A DNA stretch of 64,000 nt from a virus (taxonomy: Duplodnaviria; Heunggongvirae; Uroviricota; Caudoviricetes), in IMG/VR virus record IMGVR_UViG_3300042549_004104, positions 199,353-263,352 of that record. One strand, 5' to 3'. Shown one piece after another: positions 59,023 through 64,000 of this stretch. The first letter of the stretch is position 1, and every line of letters starts with the position of its first letter. Both the position numbers and the translations under genes were made by a program. The notes beneath the pieces are model-generated. The model searched no databases. It was given only the letters and a program-made list of their open reading frames with translations, and had not been told where the DNA came from.

Positions 59023-59111
59023 ACCCAAATGATTACCCCGTATACCCTGAGGACGATGGATTTGACAAGTTTCGAAATCCGTATAGTCCCGTAATGAACA
59101 CACTACCTTAG
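59019..59111 (+). CDS. Small acidic/Pro-rich peptide (30 aa)
   Basis: ATGA overlap with the desaturase stop; MNPNDYPVYPEDDGFDKFRNPYSPVMNTLP. Confidence 0.4.
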   Translation: MNPNDYPVYPEDDGFDKFRNPYSPVMNTLP

Positions 59112-59187
59112 GACCTTTGCGTTATAAAGTGTGGCCCGGCTGCTGGGCTAAGAGAACAATTCGCTACTGTAATCTTTAAAGTGAGCA
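59108..59187 (+). ncRNA. Candidate structured RNA motif (family not identified)
   Basis: GC-richer intergenic island with stems CTTTG/TAAAG, GCCCG/TGGGC and GCTACT/AGT-G-AGC. Confidence 0.4.
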
Positions 59188-59200
59188 TAAATACTATATT

Positions 59201-60049
59201 ATGAGAGCAAACGATTTTACCACCGAATCAGCAGTTGAAGACCTGAAGAACAAACTTCCTAGCCTTAAAAATACTAGTTACGATACCATTGACGAATTGA
59301 TGCAAAAAATCAGCCGTCGTTATAAACTGACTGGTAAAAAATTGCATGATTTATTTGTACACAAATATGGTCACACTCCAGACACGTGGATTAAGAAAAT
59401 AAAAAATAGATTAGGTGAAGAAGATATAACAGAAAGCGAACACGCTCATTATAGAAATTATTCAACATCCGATTTATTGCGTATGATTAAAACTATTAAA
59501 AGAGATGAAATTGGATTAAAAATCATAACTTCCATAACTAATGAAATTATGCGTAGAAAACAAGGCATGTCGGAAGGACCTAAAGAAGTTATAGGACTAG
59601 CAAAGTTTGCTATTGGTGGCGGAATACCCGGAGGACAACTTCCAGCTGATATATTAGGTGAAAAAGATGTGACAAAGGATTTGTCGGAAGACGTACAAGG
59701 ACCTGATGAAGTACAACAAATTAAAGACTTTATTAAATGGTCAATGAAAACATTGAATATTAAAACTAAACCCAAATTCACATTAAGTAAGAACACAGAA
59801 CAAGCACAAGCTGGTCATCATACTGGCGTACACAGTGGTGATAGAATTTGGGTATATATCGGCAATCGTAATCTAATAGATATTTTCCGTACTATATTCC
59901 ATGAATTGGTACATCAACGTCAAAGTGAACTTAACATGATTAAAGACGGTGACAGTTATCCTGGCTCACCAATCGAAGCAATGGCTGATATGATGGCGGG
60001 TAAGTATATTAAGATATACGGTAAAGAACACCCAGAAATCTTCCAATAA
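59201..60049 (+). CDS. Modular protein ending in a zincin-like HExxH domain
   Basis: MRANDFTTES start; junctions ITES, QGMSEG and DLSED; RTIFHELVHQRQ...IEAMAD. Confidence 0.65.
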   Translation: MRANDFTTESAVEDLKNKLPSLKNTSYDTIDELMQKISRRYKLTGKKLHDLFVHKYGHTPDTWIKKIKNRLGEEDITESEHAHYRNYSTSDLLRMIKTIKRDEIGLKIITSITNEIMRRKQGMSEGPKEVIGLAKFAIGGGIPGGQLPADILGEKDVTKDLSEDVQGPDEVQQIKDFIKWSMKTLNIKTKPKFTLSKNTEQAQAGHHTGVHSGDRIWVYIGNRNLIDIFRTIFHELVHQRQSELNMIKDGDSYPGSPIEAMADMMAGKYIKIYGKEHPEIFQ

Positions 60050-60073
60050 GGTTACCTTACTTACGCAAATTGT

Positions 60074-60101
60074 TTGACTTCTTAGCAGATTAGTGTATAA
60101 T
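60074..60101 (+). promoter_or_regulatory. Sigma70-like promoter for the dsbA-pol operon
   Basis: TTGACT-16 bp-TATAAT upstream of SD AAGGAG. Confidence 0.7.
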
Positions 60102-60124
60102 AACTACTTTACTAAGGAGTATCT

Positions 60125-60388
60125 ATGAACGATGTGAAAACATTCAGCGGCGATCAAAAAATTAAATTAACCCAATTGATTAATGAAGGTATGGCAGTGA
60201 TGCATGAGATTGACACACTGCAAGGCGGGTTAACTGACACAGTAAAAGCAATTGCAGAAGAACTAGAAGTTAAACCTAGTGTACTTAAAAAGGCAATTAG
60301 AATTGCCCATAAAGCAAGTTTAACACAATCAAATCAAGAACACGAACAACTCAACACTATTTTGGAAACAGTGGGCAAGACACTTTGA
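60125..60388 (+). CDS. DsbA/GapR-like small dsDNA-binding protein
   Basis: 87 aa helical protein, pattern LINEG...IAEELEVKPSVLKKAIRIAHK; directly before the polymerase. Confidence 0.55.
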   Translation: MNDVKTFSGDQKIKLTQLINEGMAVMHEIDTLQGGLTDTVKAIAEELEVKPSVLKKAIRIAHKASLTQSNQEHEQLNTILETVGKTL

Positions 60389-63102
60389 GTTATGTAGATG
60401 CCATCCATTCACGGGATGAAGATAGAATTTATGTAGTAGAACGAGGAGTTGACGGTAAGCGTCATTACAAAGAGTTCCCTGCCAATTATGTTTTCTATTA
60501 CCCTGATAACAAGGGAAAGCATCGTAGCATTTATGGCAATCCTGTTAGTAGATTCAGTACACGTAAACGTTCAGAGTTTGAAAAAGAACGAAGAATACAC
60601 GGTGGTAAAAAACTCTTTGAAAGTGATATCAACCCAGTATTTCGTTGTCTCAGTGAAAACTACTTGGGTGTAGATGCACCCAAACTACACACGTGTTTCT
60701 TTGACATTGAAGTAGACTTTGATCCAGAAAAAGGTTTCAGCCCTACTAGTGATCCGTTCAATCCAGTAACAGCAATCAGTTGTTACTTAGATTGGCTTGA
60801 CCAATGTGTTACATTAGTTATTGCACCAAAGCACATGACTACTGAAACTGCTTGGGAAATAGTTAGAGAGTTTCCTAACTGTATGCTTTTCAACAGCGAA
60901 AAGGAAATGTTTGATGTTTTCTTTCAGTTGATTGAAGATGCAGATGTATTAACTGGTTGGAACTCAGAAGGATACGATATACCTTACATGGTTAATCGTG
61001 TTACACGTGTGATGAGTAAAGACGATACACGTAAATTCTGTTTAATGGGTCAACTACCTAAACCAAGAGAATATGAACGATTTGGTAAGTCAGAACAGAC
61101 TTATGATTTAGTTGGTCGTATTCACATGGATTATCTTCAACTTTATAAGAAGTATAACTACGAAAGTCGCCATAGCTATAAACTAGATGCTATTGGTGAG
61201 ATGGAAGTTGGTGAAAACAAAACACAATATGAAGGTACTCTTGACCAATTGTATAATAAAGACTTTAAAAAGTTTATTGAATACAACAGACAAGATACTA
61301 TGTTGTTGGTTAAGATTCACAACAAACTTAAATTCTTAGAATTGGCTAATCAACTAGCACATGAAAATACTGTACTGCTTCCAACAGTAATGGGTTCAGT
61401 TGCTATGATTGAAATGGCTATCTTTAATGAAGCGCATGAACGTGGATTAGTAGTACCAGATAAAAAACGGAGAACAGAAAATGCAGATGAAACACAACAG
61501 GCAGCAGGTGCCTTCGTTGCTACGCCCAAAAGAGGCATGCACGAATATGTCGGAGCAGTTGACATTAACTCACTCTATCCCTCGGTCATACGGGCACTCA
61601 ACATGGCGGGCGAGACTATTGTTGCCCAAGTTAGACAAACAGTCACAGACCAATACATGAAAGACAAGGGTCTTAGATTAGCACAAGAAAAGAAACGCTA
61701 TAAAGATGGCGATGATGATGTTACTGGTGCTATTCTATGGGAAGGTTTGTTTGGTGCGTTAGAATATACCTCGATTATGAACCAAGAGCGTGGTACAATG
61801 CTTACAGTTGACTATGAAGATGGACGTAGTGAAGAAATGTCTGCGGCTGAAATATGGAAATTAGTTTTTGATAGTCACAAGCCCTGGATGCTAAGTGCAA
61901 ATGGTACAATCTTTACATACGAGAAAGAGGGTGTAGTTCCAGGACTATTATCTCGCTGGTACTCGGATCGTAAAGTAATGCAAAAGAAACTAAAAGAATC
62001 AACTACTAATGAAGACCGTGATTATTGGGATAAACGTCAGTTAGTGCGTAAAATTTTATTGAACTCTGCATATGGCGCATTATTGAATGAACATTGTCGT
62101 TTCTATGACAAGCGCATTGGTCAAAGTGTTACACTGTGTGGACGACAAATTGTTCGTCACATGATGAGCCAAATCAATGAATGTGTTGCAGGTGAATATA
62201 GTCACGAAGGCGAAGCGATTGTTTATGGTGATACTGATAGTTGTTACTTCAGCGCATATTCAGTATTGAAGTCACAGATTGATAAAGGTGAATTGGCTTG
62301 GGATAAAGATATGTGCATTGGATTATATGATTCAATCGCAGACGAAGCGAATGATAGTTTCCCGGCGTTCATGGAGAAAGCATTTCACTCACCACGAAAG
62401 AACGGGGAAATCATTAAAGCTGGTCGTGAATTGATTGGTGACCGTGCTATCTTTATTACAAAGAAACGCTATGCTATCAATATCTTTGATAAAGAAGGTA
62501 AGCGCAAAGACAAAGATGGTAACTTAGGTGATGTTAAAGCTATGGGTCTTGACTTGAAACGTGCTGATACACCCAAATACGTACAAGAGTTTTTAATGAA
62601 CGTATTGAAAATGGTTATTCAACAAGGTAAAGGTCGTGATGAAGTAATCGAAGCCATCAAAACTTTCAAGCGTGAATTGAGTCAACAAGATAGTTGGACT
62701 AAAGGCTCACCAAAGTCAGTTAATAAACTAACGATGTACGGTGATAAAGAAGCAAACAGTAAAAAGGGTCGTGAGAACATGCCCGGTCATGTGCGTGGCG
62801 CACTGAACTACAACTATCTACGCAAGGTACATGGCGACAACTATAGTCAGAAGATTGTTGATGGTATGAAGGTAGTAGTTTGTAAACTTAAACCCAATCC
62901 ATTAAATTTTACTTCAATTGCTTATCCAACAGATGAACTACGATTACCTAAATGGTTCACTGAGTTGCCATTTGATGATGAAGCAATGGAACAAACATTA
63001 GTAGACGAAAAGATTGATAATTTATTAGGTGTATTAGGTTGGCAACTGCGTGAAAATACAGATATCAAAAGTACATTTGATGAATTGTTTAGCTTCGGGT
63101 AA
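60385..63102 (+). CDS. gp43: Family B DNA polymerase (T4 gp43-like)
   Basis: ExoI FDIE, ExoII GWNSEGYD, motif A DINSLYPS, motif B KILLNSAYG, motif C YGDTDS, KKRY; TTG start overlapping the upstream TGA. Confidence 0.95.
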   Translation: MSYVDAIHSRDEDRIYVVERGVDGKRHYKEFPANYVFYYPDNKGKHRSIYGNPVSRFSTRKRSEFEKERRIHGGKKLFESDINPVFRCLSENYLGVDAPKLHTCFFDIEVDFDPEKGFSPTSDPFNPVTAISCYLDWLDQCVTLVIAPKHMTTETAWEIVREFPNCMLFNSEKEMFDVFFQLIEDADVLTGWNSEGYDIPYMVNRVTRVMSKDDTRKFCLMGQLPKPREYERFGKSEQTYDLVGRIHMDYLQLYKKYNYESRHSYKLDAIGEMEVGENKTQYEGTLDQLYNKDFKKFIEYNRQDTMLLVKIHNKLKFLELANQLAHENTVLLPTVMGSVAMIEMAIFNEAHERGLVVPDKKRRTENADETQQAAGAFVATPKRGMHEYVGAVDINSLYPSVIRALNMAGETIVAQVRQTVTDQYMKDKGLRLAQEKKRYKDGDDDVTGAILWEGLFGALEYTSIMNQERGTMLTVDYEDGRSEEMSAAEIWKLVFDSHKPWMLSANGTIFTYEKEGVVPGLLSRWYSDRKVMQKKLKESTTNEDRDYWDKRQLVRKILLNSAYGALLNEHCRFYDKRIGQSVTLCGRQIVRHMMSQINECVAGEYSHEGEAIVYGDTDSCYFSAYSVLKSQIDKGELAWDKDMCIGLYDSIADEANDSFPAFMEKAFHSPRKNGEIIKAGRELIGDRAIFITKKRYAINIFDKEGKRKDKDGNLGDVKAMGLDLKRADTPKYVQEFLMNVLKMVIQQGKGRDEVIEAIKTFKRELSQQDSWTKGSPKSVNKLTMYGDKEANSKKGRENMPGHVRGALNYNYLRKVHGDNYSQKIVDGMKVVVCKLKPNPLNFTSIAYPTDELRLPKWFTELPFDDEAMEQTLVDEKIDNLLGVLGWQLRENTDIKSTFDELFSFG

Positions 63103-63109
63103 ACAGGCA

Positions 63110-63138
63110 TTGACATATGTATTATATTCCATTATAAT
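63110..63138 (+). promoter_or_regulatory. Consensus sigma70 promoter
   Basis: TTGACA-17 bp-TATAAT upstream of SD AAGGAA. Confidence 0.85.
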
Positions 63139-63176
63139 ACACAATAATTATTTTTAAATAACATAAAGGAACACAC

Positions 63177-63908
63177 ATGAAAGATATTTTACAAGATTTA
63201 ATTGCACATACTGCAAACTTGGGATTCATTGAATTAATTAAAGTAAGCGGTACAGACACACAAACAACTATCAATGCTATTGCAGAAGATAAAACTGTTT
63301 TAGTAAGTGGGGAATTTAAAAATCCTCATCCAGAGTTTATTGGCACTTTTGGTATGCCTAACTTAAGTAAACTTAAAACTATTGTAAGTTTTGAGGAATA
63401 CGATGATACATCTATTATTAATGTAACAAATGATAATAAAGATGGCATGAATACACCAGTAGCAATTCATTTTGAAACAAAGGATAAATCATTTGTAAAT
63501 GATTATCGTTTTATGGCAAAAGCAGTAATTGAAGAAAAAGTTAAAAATGTAACCTACAAAGGTAATGGTTGGGATATTGAATTTGAACCAAGTGTTGCTA
63601 GTATTTTGCGTCTTAAAAAGCAAGCAAGTGCTAATAGTGAAGAAAATCATTTTAGAACAGTAGTAGATGGTACAGACCTTAGAGTATATTTTGGTGATCC
63701 TTCAACACACAGTGGTAATTTTATTTTCCAATCTAATATTATAGGAAAGATTTCTAGTAAATGGCAATGGCCTGTACAACAAGTATTAAGTATTTTAAAT
63801 CTTGCTGGTGACAAAACTATTAAGATTACTGACCAGGGTGCTATGCAAATTACAGTAGATAGTGGTCTTGCTACATATTGTTATATGATTCCAGCACAAA
63901 TAAAATGA
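63177..63908 (+). CDS. gp45: Sliding clamp (T4 gp45-like)
   Basis: 243 aa two-domain alpha/beta pattern; directly after the polymerase; clamp loader also present in the window. Confidence 0.6.
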   Translation: MKDILQDLIAHTANLGFIELIKVSGTDTQTTINAIAEDKTVLVSGEFKNPHPEFIGTFGMPNLSKLKTIVSFEEYDDTSIINVTNDNKDGMNTPVAIHFETKDKSFVNDYRFMAKAVIEEKVKNVTYKGNGWDIEFEPSVASILRLKKQASANSEENHFRTVVDGTDLRVYFGDPSTHSGNFIFQSNIIGKISSKWQWPVQQVLSILNLAGDKTIKITDQGAMQITVDSGLATYCYMIPAQIK

Positions 63909-64000
63909 TTGATGCAATAAGTGTTACAAGTAGATACATGTCTGCTCACGGTGGGCATAGTGCTACATATACAAATAGTATGCCCGGTGCACAGGGTGTG
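63905..64000 (+). CDS. 5' end of a hypothetical gene truncated by the window edge
   Basis: ATGA overlap with the clamp stop; open to the end of the window. Confidence 0.55.
   Translation, partial: MIDAISVTSRYMSAHGGHSATYTNSMPGAQGV

Noticed and set aside
52243-60049. Classical integron cassette array
   Set aside because: No tyrosine integrase and no attC-like imperfect palindromes; modules are fused in frame rather than being separate genes
61600-61950. Intein in the DNA polymerase between motifs A and B
   Set aside because: The ~110 aa insert has no Cys/Ser start with a His-Asn end and no LAGLIDADG motif; treated as a lineage-specific insertion
699-63116. Many short antisense or nested ORFs in the track (for example 3697-4242, 23917-24315, 37880-38374, 39143-39616)
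   Set aside because: They are shadows of well-supported genes on the other strand or frame, with no RBS or recognisable motif
60385-63908. Eukaryotic, archaeal or NCLDV origin suggested by PolB and the RFC-like loader
   Set aside because: SD sequences, sigma70 promoters, intrinsic terminators and T4-like tail genes indicate a bacteriophage
1-64000. tRNA, rRNA or tmRNA genes
   Set aside because: No cloverleaf or T-loop GTTC(G/A)A-type sequence in an intergenic context was found by eye; intergenic gaps are short
1-64000. Stop-codon reassignment
   Set aside because: Conserved genes read full length under the standard bacterial code and end in TAA, TGA or TAG

Overview
A 64 kb, AT-rich, densely coding segment of a large lytic T4-like myophage, of the type often assembled from freshwater metagenomes. 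The host is probably Gram-negative (inference from the GH19 lysin, ClpA, pirin, Dps and desaturase). It contains: (1) a contractile-tail/neck module (gp13, gp14, gp15, an enlarged sheath gp18, tube gp19, head-completion nuclease gp4, baseplate and fibre proteins); (2) replication genes (family B DNA polymerase, sliding clamp, clamp loader, DsbA/GapR-like protein, PD-(D/E)XK exonuclease, a DnaE fragment); (3) nucleotide metabolism (MazG, Nudix, dNMP kinase); (4) chaperones (GroES-like, DnaJ/CbpA, ClpA); (5) host-like accessory genes (PhoH, pirin, Dps, fatty-acid desaturase). Sigma70-type promoters precede several replication-type and chaperone genes. (A/C)TAAATA boxes resembling T4 late promoters precede structural genes, and many lie only 4-7 nt from an ATG with no SD. 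The most unusual signal is a set of ORFs with capsid-targeting-like N-termini (M-K/R-x-x-E/D-F/L/I...E) that are built as in-frame strings of unrelated 40-110 aa modules joined at hydrophobic-x-Glu sites. Several junctions are also conserved in the DNA (CAAGGTGTGGCGGAAGG = QGVAEG; 12 bp and 9 bp direct repeats around single modules). This suggests a cassette-like polyprotein system for protease-processed, virion-packaged cargo, which is inference. No tRNA, rRNA, CRISPR array, integrase, transposase or reverse transcriptase was seen. Family assignments come from motif recognition by eye; no database searches were run.
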